A DNA stretch of 64,000 nt from Hydrolagus colliei (Eukaryota): positions 23,498,001-23,562,000 of the forward strand of contig CM068743.1 of the NCBI GenBank assembly GCA_035084275.1, given 5' to 3'. Positions within the stretch are counted from its first letter, which is position 1; the number at the start of each line of letters is the position of its first letter. The position numbers and the translations under genes are program-made. The notes beneath the pieces are model-generated. The model made no database searches. It was not told the origin of the DNA and saw nothing but the letters and a program-made list of their open reading frames with translations. Below are positions 35,738 to 48,984 of the stretch, one piece after another.

Positions 35738-36344
35738 CAGGTATCCCGCCCCAACCGCAGCCTCGTCAACCACTAAACTCACTTACCCACCATTTGCTAA
35801 ATGCGACAACCCTTGCTAATAACTCAATGGTTATTGCTTAACCCTTGCTTATCCTTTAACACTAACACTAGCGTTTGGCACTAGGACCCAGTTGCATCAA
35901 CCAGCTTTGCACTAGCGTCTGGCGCTAGGACCCAGTTGCGATGTCGGTCGCAATCAACCAGCGGGATATCGCTTCTCTCTTAGGATTAAGGTAAATCTCC
36001 ATTGATTTCTTTCTCTCTCTGTCTGCAGATCCTTGCAGCCAATGCTCCCAAACTTACTCCCCATATCCCCATGTCCCAACACTACCTTCTCCACATCCCC
36101 CCACCTCCGTGTCACCCACCACACCACCTTCTGCACCCCCCACCCTCCGTGTCACCCACCATGATTTCTCTCTGTCTGTGTGTAAGTCAGTCAGACAGCC
36201 TCGCGGATTGCTGCAAATCCTGGCAGCCAAACTTACTCCCCATATCCCCATGTTTCCCATAGGGCCTTGTATTTTCCAACCGCAATTTTACCAGCCATGG
36301 AGATTTTCAGGAACGTATCCCCCGTGGTTGGGGAGGGATACCTG
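35738..36344. mobile_element. Non-autonomous Tigger-like DNA transposon, 607 bp
   Basis: TIRs caggtatcccgccccaaccgc / gtggttggggagggatacctg (19/21 match); right flank TA, left flank TC; splits a SINE tail actttacag|tatatcctgt. Confidence 0.8.
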
Positions 36345-36867
36345 TATATCCTGTTAAGTCCCAATATGAGAGGCTCTGTACCAAATGTAAGAATTATTAT
36401 TATTTAAGTACACATCAATGGTAGTAGGATAAAGGTGAGCCTTTCTGAGTCTCGATGATCATATATTCTTCCCCATTATAGAGGCATTTGAATGAAATTA
36501 GGAAGATAGATGGCAGAGCTCAGTTATGAAGTAGCTACATTTGTATAACATTGTCCCAAACGTAAAGAATAGCATAATGTCCAGCTCAGAAATATGATAT
36601 GCCATATGGAGAGACATGTTACCTACTATAGGGTCATCATTCACTAGAATTCGCCAAAATCTGTGTTCCAGATTCCAACTCCCTTCATGACTAATGCAGG
36701 ACACTGTAAGGTTCCATACAACTGTGCCACAATATTGGTTTATATCTCAAAAGAGATAGGTTTACAGCTCTATTCCATAGTTATTTGACGCAGGGATAAG
36801 CTTTAGTTGAGATTTCAAATATCCAAATGGAGTTGAGATTTTGGGGGTAGTTGTGGTGGTTGTATAG

Positions 36868-37126
36868 ACCTGCTCCTCCATCGGTGGGCGAGCTTTCAGC
36901 CACTCTGGCCCCAACCTTTGGAATTCCATCACGCAATCCCCCCACCTTGCACCCCTCAGCCTCCTTCAAATCCCACCTCAATACCCTTCTTTTTGGCCGT
37001 GCCATAAGTCACCCTCCTCCCCCTCATTTCCTCCAACCCCCGACTACAGCTCGGGTCTGAAATATTGACTGATCAACACCTTGGGATGCCCTCCTGGCAT
37101 GAAAGGCACTATACAAATGTTGTTGT
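36868..37126 (+). mobile_element. L2 3' fragment, subfamily B
   Basis: gagctttcagccactctggccccaacctttggaattccatc..ggcatgaaaggcactatacaaatgttgttg. Confidence 0.8.
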
Positions 37127-37586
37127 GGATTCAAACACCATGTTAGGACTTTGAGCTCATACAGTCAAGGCTGACAGTGCCGGGCTTTAGGTGAGCTGCA
37201 TTGTCAAAGGTTCCCATCCTTTGATGAGACTTTTAACATTGCCTTTGAAGTGTGAGAAGATTAAGATCCCATGGCACTATTCAAAAAGAGAACAGTGTAA
37301 CTCCTAGTGACCTCACCACAATCTACCAGATAAAATAGGTCATTCACTTAATTGTTTCTGGAACATTTCTGTGTGTAAATTGGTGGCTGCTTTCACCTAC
37401 AAAACACGCAGGCAGTACACTTGACAGGATACGCTGTGTAGTGCTTTAAGATATTGATAACGTTATATGTTTGGCACTGTATTAAATACAAGGATTATTA
37501 TTATTATAGATGCTAAGTATCCATTCCTCACACATATATTTATACTTATGTGGCATTCAGGGTCCACATGCTACATCATATGGAAG

Positions 37587-37855
37587 AATAATAATAATAA
37601 TCTTTGTATTTCACGTCTTCGAGATGTCTCAAAGCGCTTCACAAAATATTCTGTAAGGTCAATTGACTGTATACTTTGTGGACAAAATGTGGCTGTCAAT
37701 TGCACACAGCAGTGTCCCACAAACAGTCATCGATCGAAATGAACAATTTATTGTTGTCTTTTTTTCTTGAGGGATTATTATCAGCCACGTGGAGTAAGGA
37801 AAGTTACCCAAGGTATTGCCCTGCCTGGATTCAAACCCAGGTCTCTCACATGTAC
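37587..37855 (-). mobile_element. tRNA-derived SINE, short form
   Basis: (aat)n tail, cagcagtgtcccacaaacagtc and ggattcaaacccaggtctc. Confidence 0.85.
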
Positions 37856-38379
37856 GACTGTGCAGACTGACATTTTAGTATGTAATAAGACTTTGATACG
37901 TCTGGTAATATTTTATTTAATTCAGTATTGGTGCTACCTGATCCATTCCATAGTAATATCCACCAAGTGGACTTCTCTGCATAGCCATTTTCTCAGTTAC
38001 ACAGTGACACAGTGTAAGTGGTCTGAATTAATACTATAAAGGCAGTCATTAACCCAGCAGTGGTTCAGCTTGAATCCTGTGGTTAATTCACCTCTCTCAG
38101 TGTTGGTTTGGCAATTCCTGCAGGCTAAATCACCTGCTAATGCTTGTCGCTGTTTCAACAAAACACACTTTGGAAGGTAGAATTAAACAAGACTATGTTA
38201 AAGATAATTCAGCAAACCACCCAGTATGGCATTCAACATTGCTCACTTACTTCTTAAAGGTGCATTCTCTTCAGGAAAAAGTGTTGAGGAATCTTTTAGA
38301 ATTGGATTCTGAAAACCACGACGTGGTCTGCGTCAAAATACATTGTACCGTCCTTTGTGTACATCCTCCTCTGTGAGGT

Positions 38380-40450
38380 AAGTGACTCAGTTGGTTGCAC
38401 TGACACCACTTGGTTTAGAAGGTTATAGATTCAAGCCCCACAGTGGGATTCTGAGATCAAGTCTGACACTCCAGTGCAGTGCTGAAGAGCAATGTATTAT
38501 TGGAGACGCCTTCAGATATTGTTCCCGTCTGCCTGTTCAAAAATCCCGCAGCACTATTCGAAAAGAGTAGTGAATTTCTCCTGGTATCCTGGCCGACAAT
38601 CCCCTAGACAAAAAAAAAAGAAAAGGATACAGCCAATGCCATGGTATTGGAGGAGAGGGTAGGAGAAATGGATAGAATAATTATAACCAGAGAGGAAGTT
38701 CTGAAAAGGTTGACGTTGCTCAAGGTGGATAAGTCACCTGGTCCGGATGGGATGCACCCTAGGTTACTAAGGGAGGCATGGGAGCAAATAGCAGGGACTC
38801 TGGCCACGATCTTTCAATCTTCCTTGGACACAGGGGTCGTGCCAGAGGACTGGAGGATAGCTAATGTTACTCCCTTGTATAAAAAGGGGCAGAAGGACAA
38901 GCCTGGTAACTACAGACCAATCAGTCTAACGTCGGTAGTGGGCAAACTTCTAGAGTCCATAATCAGGGACAAGGTAGATCTTCACTTAGAAAGATATAGG
39001 CTAATAAAGGACAGTCAACATGGATTTGTTAAAGGCAAATCTTGCCTTACAAATCTGATAGAATTTTTTGATGAGGTAACGGAATGGGTGGATAATGGTA
39101 GCGCAGTTGATGTAGTTTACATGGACTTTCAAAAGGCATTTGACAAAGTGCCACATGAGAGACTTATTAGGAAATTAAAGGCCCATGGCGTAAAAGGGAC
39201 AGTGGCAGCGTGGATCCACAACTGGCTGCGAGACAGAAAGCAGAGAGTTGTAGTGAGCGGCTGTTTTTCAGACTGGAGGGAAGTGAGCAGTGGTGTGCCA
39301 CAGGGATCGGTTTTGGGACCATTGCTCTTTGTAATCTACATCAATGATCTGGACTTGGGTGTACGGAGTACAGTTTCCAAGTTTGCAGATGACACTAAGT
39401 TAGGGAGAATAGTAAATAGTGAGGAGGATAGTAGCCATCTGCAAGAGGATATAGACAAATTGGTAAAGTGGGCAGACACATGGCAGATGAAGTTTAATGC
39501 AGAGAAGTGTGAGGTGATGCATTTTGGGAGAAGAAATGAAGGGAGGCAATATAGGCTAGATAGTACAATTTTAAATGGTGTGAAGGAACAGAGAGATCTG
39601 GGGATTTGTGTTAGTGACTCGTTGAAGGTGGCAGGACAGGTAGACAAGGCTGTTAAGAAGGCATATGGGATACTAGGCTTTATAAATAGGGGTATAGAGT
39701 ACAAAAGTCAGGAAGTGCTGACTAACCTCTATAAGACTTTGGTGAGGCCTCAGCTGGAATACTGTGTTCAATTCTGGTCACCACACTACAGAAAGGATGT
39801 GAAGACATTGGAAAGGGTACAAAGAAGATTTACTAGGATGGTGCCAGGATTGAGGGACTTCAGCTATGAGGAGAGGCTAGATAGGCTAGGGTTATTCTCT
39901 CTGGAGCAGAGAAGATTGAGGGGAGACCTAATAGAGGTTTATAAGATCATGAGGGTTTTCAACAGGGCAAATAGAGAAAATCTATTTCCACTCGTGGGCG
40001 AATCTGTGACTCGTGGTCACAGATTTAAAACCGTTTCAAGGTGAAGTAGAGGGGAGCTGAGGAGAAATTTTTTCACTCAGCGAGTTGTTCGAATCTGGAA
40101 TGCATTGCCTGAAAAGGTGGTGGAGGCTGATTCGATAACAACTTTTAAAAGGGAATTAGATCTTTATTTAGGGAGAACAGGTCTATTAGGCTATGGGGAG
40201 TGGGCAGGGCAGTGGGATTGAATCGCTCTTTTCAAAGAGCCGGCACAGACTAGATGGGCCGAATGGCCTCCTTTTGTGCCGTAAAATTCTATGAATCTAT
40301 AACGTTGGTCATTCACTGCATGATTCTTTGTGGTACATTGCTATATGCAAAATAGCTGTTGTGTTTATCCACAATGTACAGTCACTGCGTTTGACAACCG
40401 TTTGACAACAATGATATGTGAAGTCCCTCAAGATTTTGGAATGTGATATC
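38380..40450 (+). mobile_element. Deu-domain SINE split by the young CR1 (halves about 38380-38606 and 40299-40450)
   Basis: Left half ends cctggccgacaatccccctag; right half resumes aacgttggtcattcac. Intact copies read caacaacccccataaaattggtcattcac (3583-3609). Confidence 0.75.
38607..40300 (+). mobile_element. Young 5'-truncated CR1 LINE (RT domain, no endonuclease), premature stop at 40042-44
   Basis: ORF 38641..40044 with KSPGPDG, NYRPISLTS, QHGF, GVPQGSVLGP and FADD. About 98% identical by eye to 1-1180. Confidence 0.95.
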
Positions 40451-40559
40451 AACAACAACTTGCACTTTTATAGCAACACCCCCACCCCCCATCAGGGTGG
40501 CATCTCAGAGTGCTTAACAATGGCGCCATCGCCACCACACCACAGGCACCGGCAGCATT

Positions 40560-40905
40560 AGCAACCAGGCATATCCACTCCACCCTCACCAAGCCAATCA
40601 GGAATTTGGACATCTTGTTTGACCCTCAACTATCTTTTCTCCCCCATATCCATGCCGTGACTGGTCTGCCTTCCCTCACCTCTGCAATATTGCCCGCCTC
40701 TGTCATTGCTCAGGCTACCAAAACCTTCATACACGCATTCATCACTCTTCCCTCCACAAACTGCCGATCATCCAGAACTCTGCAGCTTGTGTCCTCTTCC
40801 GCACCAAGCTCAGTGACCCTATCACTCCACCCTCACCCGGCTCCACTGGATCCCATCCCTCAGAGGATAGAATTCAAGATCTTCAACCTCACTTTCAAGT
40901 GCCCC
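40560..40905 (+). mobile_element. Decayed L2 fragment
   Basis: TKPIRNLDILFDPQLSFLPHI and PIPQRIEFKI in ORF 40510..41028. Confidence 0.8.
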
Positions 40906-42411
40906 CAACAGCCATATTTTCAATGCTCATGTCTGTGTTCATGGGTTGTGTGCTTGTCAGCACATGAGCCTGTGGCTGCCAGCTCAGTGAAACGACCTCA
41001 GCTCCTCACAGCTCTGAAATCCAGCTAGTCAGCAGGAAACTGGCCCAAACCCTCCAACAAAGGCAGTTGAGTGTGACAAACAACAACAGACTTTGAGAAA
41101 AATTGGAAACAGATGATTAATTTTGTCTTCTAAAGCTCACTGGGTCAAGATAGGATAAACAATGAGTATTTGTTGTTGAAAGTCATGACTGTATTTCGTC
41201 ATCACCAGTTGTAAAATACAACTGCAAATCGTCCAAAATACATTGTTCCATGGTCAACTTAGGTCAAAAGAGGTCTCAGATGATGTAAGCTGCAGATAGA
41301 ACAGGAGAGGGGGAATAAATCAATATGTATTAATGATTCGTTTGAAGAAAAAAAGATAAGCATTGAAGTGGATCTGACCATTTGTATATGATGACTGCAT
41401 ATAAATCATCTTTTTAATTGGATTCTGGGATCCTAGACTGATTTTTGCAAGTGATCAGATTTATTATTTCTAGTCCTCAATTTCAAAGTGTTTATGCCTT
41501 TTTTTAAAAAAAAAAAAACCTTCCAGCTTTTAAATCTTAGAGTGAGGGAGGTGGGAGTGGGAATGGTGGGTGGGATAAGATTGAATCACCACTATAATGA
41601 TTTTCAAAGAAGGCTGCTTTCAGAGCCTTTAATATGAGCTGCCACAAGGATGGAGCTTTGAATTGTAATTGCTTTACTGCAGGGCAAGAGTTACCCCAGT
41701 GCAAAATGAATTCCCTCCCAATGATTGTAATAATCTTTTGTAATTAGTTGTTCTGTGCTCACATTTTCTTCCCAAAAAAAATGAACAAAATGGAAAAATG
41801 AGATTCCAACAGCAATGCTTTGCTGGTTGATTGGTACTAGCAAATCACTAACCAGAATAATGCCCCCTTTCCATGTCAGTGAGTTCTATAAGGGAGGGAG
41901 TATGATTTGCCCCTGGGTATATTCAAACTCTCTGGGATGCTACCTGGCGTGAAGGTAGCATCCCAGATATATAAATGCAAGTTGTTGTTGTATTTGCTCA
42001 CACATAGCTATTCATTGTTTAGCCAATGGCAGATCCATCTCCGCAATATACACAAACCCTATAACATATAGTTACTACACTTTATAGTATAGCCTGTGAA
42101 GCTCTTTGGGACATCACAATGATGTAATAAGCTGCTAAATTAAATGCAAGGATTTTTATTTCAATTTATTTCAGAAAGTATTCCCGTTTTTGTAACCCAT
42201 GCCATCGCTAACAGATTACAGCCCATGATCTCAGTCAGTCATTTAAATGGGTTAAAAAACCTCGAGAAAAAAAAGGTTTTGTCCATAAAGTATACAGTCA
42301 ACTCACTTTACAGTGCATTTTGTGAAGTGCTTTAAGACATCTGAAGGCATGATAAGGCACTATATCAAATACAAGGATTATTATTACCTACTCTTATTTT
42401 AATATTATTAT

Positions 42412-42738
42412 TATCTCTGACCTCTCTCCTCACAACAGTACCCGTTGCCTTCGCTCCATCGGGTCTGGCCCCCTTGTCCCCCGAATACTGCATTCCACCA
42501 ACAGCGGCGGTGCCTTCAGCCACTACACCCCGAGGCTCTGGAACTCCCTTCTTCACTCCCTTTGCCTTGCCCCCTCCTTTCCTATTTTCAAGTCGCACCT
42601 AAAGACTTTTCTTTTCATCTGCTCTTTTGATCACCTTTGTCCCCCTCCCCCTGGCTTGGCCCCGGAATCCGTTATTGTGAAGCACTTTGAGACGCCGTCT
42701 GGAGTGGAGGGCGCTATATAAATCCAAGTTGTTGTTGT
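42412..42738 (+). mobile_element. L2 3' fragment, subfamily A
   Basis: Similar to 8075-8417; tail gggcgctatataaatccaagttgttgttg. Confidence 0.9.
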
Positions 42739-44959
42739 TACTCCAAGTTTGGGGGGAATTCATCCTGGGTTTAAACTTAATCTTGTATTTTAACAAAGCG
42801 TGAACATTTTGTGAATTCTTAAATTTAGTCTTCACTATAAAATACAGAAAATGCAGAATGCAGGAAAACAGTCACAAAATTCGGGCTCAGTTTGTCTAAA
42901 ATTTCCATAAACTGAAACGCTATGAAATGTCTTCAGTCTAAACCCAGACAGAATTCCACCCCCTACTCTAACTGATGGGCTGTGTTTACAAACTGCCCAG
43001 GGTAACCTGACCCAGTATCTTTAACTGACTCCCTCTCTGGGACTCCATGCCTTGATCTTCCATCATCAGCCACCCTTGGCTTCCCATCAGAAGAGGAGAG
43101 CTTGCAGGGTAGAACGATTGCACTTTGTAAAATGCCATGTGTGTTTACAAGACCTTAAAGTAGGGTTAAAACCTTATCGGCTCTACAATCCCATCAGCTC
43201 TTTGTCAAGTTTTCTGCAATATTCCAGCAGCATTCTTGATGAAAGTGCTGCCACTAAAAAGTAACAGTCCTTGATCTCAATGAGACATCTGGAGTGACTG
43301 AACCTGACTGTGTGAAGTGGGTGATTTAAAACATCTGTTGGAACTGCAGCACCCATGTTAATGTAGCTCTGTCTGTAATGTAGTGCTGCCATGAAAAATA
43401 TCAGCAATTTTATATTGCTATTATATCAATCATTAATATTTATAATAATTACATTAATAGTGATCCTTGTTCTTAATATAACACGTAGAACCTTGAAACA
43501 TCTCAAAGTGCCTAACAGGGTATTAAATGGTAAGTGTCCTTATGGTGTATTTTAAGGCTGAATATAATGCCATCTACATGAACATAAAGTCGAGAGAGTG
43601 TAAATAGGAATAGGAAAACCATCTCGGCTGAGGGTTGAACAGATTTTCCATGCCTTTGGTCAGATTACAGAGCACTCTTTGCAGACTTAACAGTTTAAAA
43701 TGTAGTTGGAAATGGACTGTCAAAATGACTGGAGCCTGTGTTGAGATCTCTGAAAGATATTGCTGTTTTGATTCTGGTTGGAACCTAGAGCTCTTATTAA
43801 AGCAACATGGGGTAATTTTCTTATCCAGTTAGAATCTCGAGCAATCTCTCTGCCCAGGGACTCCTTCCCACAAGATGGTGCTGCTTTAGAGCTCCATCTT
43901 TTCAGAATGTTGAGAAAATCCTGCCCTTTGGCATTCAGTCCAAATGAAGCCACAACGGTTGGTAGCTGTTAAATGCCCTCGGGGTTAAGCACTCCGACTA
44001 TAAAGCAATCCAAACCACTACCCCATATGAAGGGAGCTATTTAAATGCAAATTGTTGTTACCGTTGACATTCCACCTTCACCCCACCTTTTGCAAGCAAG
44101 AGTTTCTAACTGCTTTATTTTGTGTTTGTGATTATCTTAAACTTGTGGCCTTTGATTACTGGCACATAATCCAGGAGAAATCTATCAATATCTTCCCTAC
44201 CATAACAGTTCATAAGCCTGAAAACCTCCATCAGCGATTGGATAAATGATAAGGAAAAATGGTGTATGAGGTTATGGCGAATAACCAGGGGAATGGGATT
44301 GGAGTACTTGAATGAGGGAGATAACAACAGCACAGGCATGGTGGGCTTAATGTCCTTGTTCTGTGCTATAACACTCTATGATTCAGGAGTTGAAATAGTT
44401 TGCTGCCCTATTGGAAGGACAAGAAGGAGATCAAGGTTTAATAATTCAGCCATGAAGGTGCAAGAGGAATGCTGATTGTGTGCACTGAGGCACATAATCT
44501 AAAGGAAATTGTACGTTGTAGAATGGAATCATTAGTAATAGAGTGGATAGAGGTTGGATGATGAGTGGGGGAGGTCACTGATATGGAGAAGGGACAGAGT
44601 AGAAAAGAGAAGAGAGCCCTAGGGAACACCTGGGTTGATGGGAAACATGACAGAGGATGAACCATCATCCACAGCACAGATAAAGCAATTTAAGAGGAAA
44701 CTAGATAGCTGTGAACAAAAGTTCTTCAAATTGATCATAGATAATTGGAAATGTGAAACTTACTTCAGTTGCCGGTAACGTAGTTGTTCTTGCTGCTTGG
44801 TTAGGTTATTTCCGTGCACCTTCCTCTCGGTTAGGTTATTTTTTTGCCACTTCCCCTCGATGGAAAGGATTGACTCAGTACACAGACAACAACAGCCTCC
44901 TCCAAGTTTTCTGCAATTTTTCTAATGTGTGGCCACAGAATAAGCATCAGTTGGATACT

Positions 44960-45305
44960 CACTGACTGACGGTCAAAACCGTGCCGAGGTTGTGCAGTCT
45001 TGTCAGAGTTGTTGTCCTGACGGATGTTAAAATTGAACGTCTGTCTGCTTGTCAAGTGGATGTTAAAGATCCCATGGCACTAATCAAAAAGAGAAGGGAA
45101 TTTCTCCCAGGGATCTGGTCCACAGAATAATTTCACCCCCAAATAAAATTGGTTTATGGCTGTTTGATAAACATTGCTTTATGCAAATTAGCTGTCATGT
45201 TTATCTACAAATAAAGTTACTACAGCTTACAATAAATCCTGTGAACCATTTTGATGATGCGATAAAGAGCTATATCAAATACAAGGATTATTTATTATTA
45301 TTATT
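44960..45305 (+). mobile_element. Deu-domain SINE fragment
   Basis: gtggatgttaaagatcccatggcact..gagaagggaatttctccc..ggctgtttg..tcaaatacaaggattatt. Confidence 0.7.
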
Positions 45306-45627
45306 CAAACATGATGGATGTCACAGCTGAGACTAAACCGATCCTTTTCTGATAACCACATGTGCAGGGGCGACTAGATAGTTATCTGGAGTAGGCAGCC
45401 TGAATTCCATTACCTTGCTTCTTTCGCTTAGACGAGCAAGCTCACTGCAGGCTCAGGATTGAACCCTGCTCCATTCCATCCCAGGCCATGCAATTATGTT
45501 GTTAGTTGACAAAAGAGTCAGATATATCTTGAGAATTATGTAGGACCACCCTGTGTCCACCTTAGCCAAATCATTTCAGAATGGAGGACCCTCCATGAAC
45601 AAGTTACTATAAGTGTAAACTGTATTA

Positions 45628-45838
45628 CAGTAAAAGCCGTTTATCCGGCACCCTTGGGACCTGGCCAATGCCGGTTAAAGTGCATGCCAGATATTCGGCC
45701 GAAAACGCAAAAAAGAAATAAAATATTTAATGCATTTTTCTGGACAAATTCCGGTTAATTGAATGCGGACTTTTTTTTGCGATGCTGGTTATACGGAAGT
45801 TATGGTTGATCGGGTGCCAGATAAACGGGCTTTTACTG
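45628..45838. mobile_element. Tigger/pogo-like MITE, 211 bp, best copy
   Basis: TA|cagtaaaagccgtttatccggcaccc ... gggtgccagataaacgggcttttactg|TA. Confidence 0.9.
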
Positions 45839-45853
45839 TATATTGAGAATTGT

Positions 45854-46172
45854 GGAGTCCTGTAGCTCGCTAGTTAGAGCACTCACCTTACCACCAGCAG
45901 ACCTGGGTTCAATTCCCAGCAGGGCGAAACTTTGGGCAAGTTTCCTTACTCCAGACGCCTAACAATAATCCCCCCCCCAAAAAAAACAACCAATAATTAA
46001 TTGGTCATTTCAATCTATGACTGTTTGTGGGACACTGCTATGTGCAATTGGCTGCCACGTTTTGCCCACAAATATACAGTCAATTTTTGAAGCGCTTTGA
46101 GACATCCAGAAAACATGAAAAGCGCTATATCAAATGCAAAGATTATTATTATTTATTATTATTGTTATTATT
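45854..46172 (+). mobile_element. tRNA-derived SINE, short form
   Basis: ggagtcctgtagctcgctagttagagcact..ggttcaattccc..(att)n tail. Confidence 0.9.
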
Positions 46173-46235
46173 ACCCTAATGCAAGCCTCCAAAAATATCT
46201 GGAACACAAACTACAGTAATTCAAACTCTAGATGT

Positions 46236-46541
46236 GGAATCGTGTAGCCCAGTAGGTTAGAGCTCTCGCCTTACAAGCAAGAGACCAGAGTTTGATTCTC
46301 AGTAGGGCAAAACCTTGGGCAAATTCCCCTACTCCACACGCCCGATAATAATCAAGAAGAAAAAGATAATAATTTAGTCACTTAATCCATGAGTATTTGT
46401 GAAACACTGCTGTGCACAATTGGCTGCCATGTTTCGCTGACAAATATGTATTCAATTCACTTTACAGTATTTTCTGTAAGCACTTTGAGACGTCAAGATG
46501 ACATGAAAAGCCCTATATATCAAATGCACGGATTATTATTT
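46236..46541 (+). mobile_element. tRNA-derived SINE, short form (tandem neighbour)
   Basis: Same head, body and tail as the preceding copy. Confidence 0.9.
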
Positions 46542-48984
46542 TAATTATGATTTAAAAATTGGGAACTGTGAATAGTTGTTTCAGTACAATCCATTTCACT
46601 TCTATAGAACCAAAGTATAGAGGAAGACCTTTTCCCTCAAGCCCTTGCAGTTGACTTTTTAGGTATTTATCTGGAATGCTCTATGACTGGTTCGAATCTA
46701 GTACAAATTGATCTGTCTCTCTCTAAATATATATATATACATACACAAAATACAGTATAAACCATATTCAGAGGCAATTTTCCACTGGTTGCAAATCCAC
46801 AGGATAAACTATCTTAACTCAATGGGGATTGGTCCTAAATGGCTCCCTCAATCTCTCAATAGATGAAATATAGAAATCTATGGTGGAAAGTGGAAACATT
46901 CCACACTGTGTTGTGGGTGGTGTTTAGCTGAGCTGAAGCTAACGCAAGTTTGATGAAAAGCACAAAGAAATACACTCTGCGGCTGTCTATATTGTATCTG
47001 ATCTCGGAATGCTTAAAGTTCACAAGGGATTGTGGGGTGGTATTCCAAAAATTGGGGGCAGAGAGGCTGAAAGCCGACAGTTGATGGTAGAGCGGGAGAC
47101 ATGGAGCAGGCCGGAGCCAGCTGAATAGTGGACAGATTATTAGGGGATCAGCAGGTCAGAGAGGTTGGGGGCAAGGCCATGGAGGGCCTTAAAAGTGTGG
47201 ACGAGGATCTTGAATTCTAACCTCTGAGGGATGGGGAGCCAGTGGGATCTGGGTGAGCAGCGTCATTCCTAATGTTCCATCCCTCAGGGTATGTGCCATT
47301 CTCATTCAAACTAGAAAAGTCGCTTTCATTTCAGTTTTCTTTTAACATTATGGGATGTAGTACAGTACATAGGTAGTTTGGGACATATATACATGCGACC
47401 GCCAGGAAGGTGGAAGGCGAACTAGGTGGGTCTTGCTCTTTTTCTGTCTAGTATTTCTTATGTTCTTAATATGAATTATGCCAGTGTAGCATGAACTGCC
47501 CTGGCACCTCCTTTGTATTGCTCTGTGTTGGGTAGTGAGAGCCAGTCACTGTAAACAGAGGAAAAGGGACTTCTGTGTTGCACGGTGACAGGCAATCGTT
47601 GTCACAGCCATAGAGTGTGATACCTTTCAACCCAAAACAAGCTAGACAGCTCTGCTCAGCAAACGATGGCAGGTAGGTTTGAGTAGCTTACATATGCCCA
47701 GGATATAAGGGTCAGGTAAAAGGAGTGCCTCAGACTACCTCTGTATCTCACAGCAGGAAGATTTTCTTTCCTCAGTGGGTAATTAATGATTGTAACAGGT
47801 TGTCAGGCAGGGTGGTTCGGCCCAGGACATTAGACTCACGCCAAAAACATCTGGGGTTGGGGGTGGGGTAAGAAGTTTAGGTAGGTATTTTCTGGAGGGA
47901 TAAGATTAGATTGGCCACAGTACTTTCTGAACCGAGCTTGTGATGTGCTGGTGTTCGATGTGAGGGTTCACCAACACGACGAAGTGTAAGGGGATGTCAG
48001 GTTCCCATTATGTGCAGCTGGTATAAACGGAGGCAAGGTTACTCTATATACAGTACTTCAGCAGCAATGTGGCAAAATGGGGACATTATCTTGTAAGCTA
48101 TTAGTTCCACTGAAGACATCTGCAGTGAGTCTGTGGTCCATATTATTAGTGCTTGTGTTCTGAATAGTCGTTCCACCATGATGAAGCTTTCTTCATCCTC
48201 GAGCTCAGCTACTGCACTTTCCTGGGACAGCAACAATCGCACCTTAACTCAATATTCTGTACACTGTAAATAAAAACCTGATGTTAATAACTTGGTGGGC
48301 TGCGGCTGAGCCAGAAATCTTAAATGTTAATAAACTCATTGTGTTTCCTCTTATCATTTTGTGCAGAATGGCTTATTTTACTAACAGCAGGTGGCAGGTT
48401 TAATAGAATTTAAGCTAACTGTGATCCTTGTAATGCTCATCACTGCTGAAGAATGCTGTTAAATCATAATTTCCCACACCTTCCAAACATTTTGTGTTCC
48501 TGGATCATTGCTAGATCCCAAGCCTCCAGAACTCAACCCTCGATCTCGCCTCCTCCCTATTGGTCTTCGGGTCCTTCCTTAAAACCTACCTCTTTAACAG
48601 CACCTACAGCTTTAGTGCAAATCCTCTTTAAACCTTGAGTAGCCTGCTGCTATGGAGGTTTCACTGCACTGTAGCCAGACGGAGCCAGAGAAGAAGTCAT
48701 AGGTCATGAGATCGAGAGCACTGTGTGAGGTGCCTGCTAGTGCAGCCTCTCGCTAACTATTCTTCACGCTGTAAGTTTCCACTTGCAAAGCTCAGAATCA
48801 AGGAGATTGTTTAGGAATTGAAAGTGATGACTTTCATTTTCTCTGTGTGTTCCTTCACCACTGGGAGTGGCCCATACAGACAGTGATGGCCGTAGAGGCA
48901 ATGGGTTGTTTTTGGTCAGGCAGGTGTCTGACATGTAGACAGACAATGATAAATCATGCTTTTAGGCCAGGAAAGTGGCCTAAA

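Noticed and set aside
44799-44842. ggttaggttattt twice as interstitial telomere
   Set aside because: Only two short copies and not TTAGGG arrays.
45854-46541. Tandem repeats resembling an array or CRISPR
   Set aside because: Two independently diverged SINE copies; no short repeat-spacer periodicity anywhere in the window.
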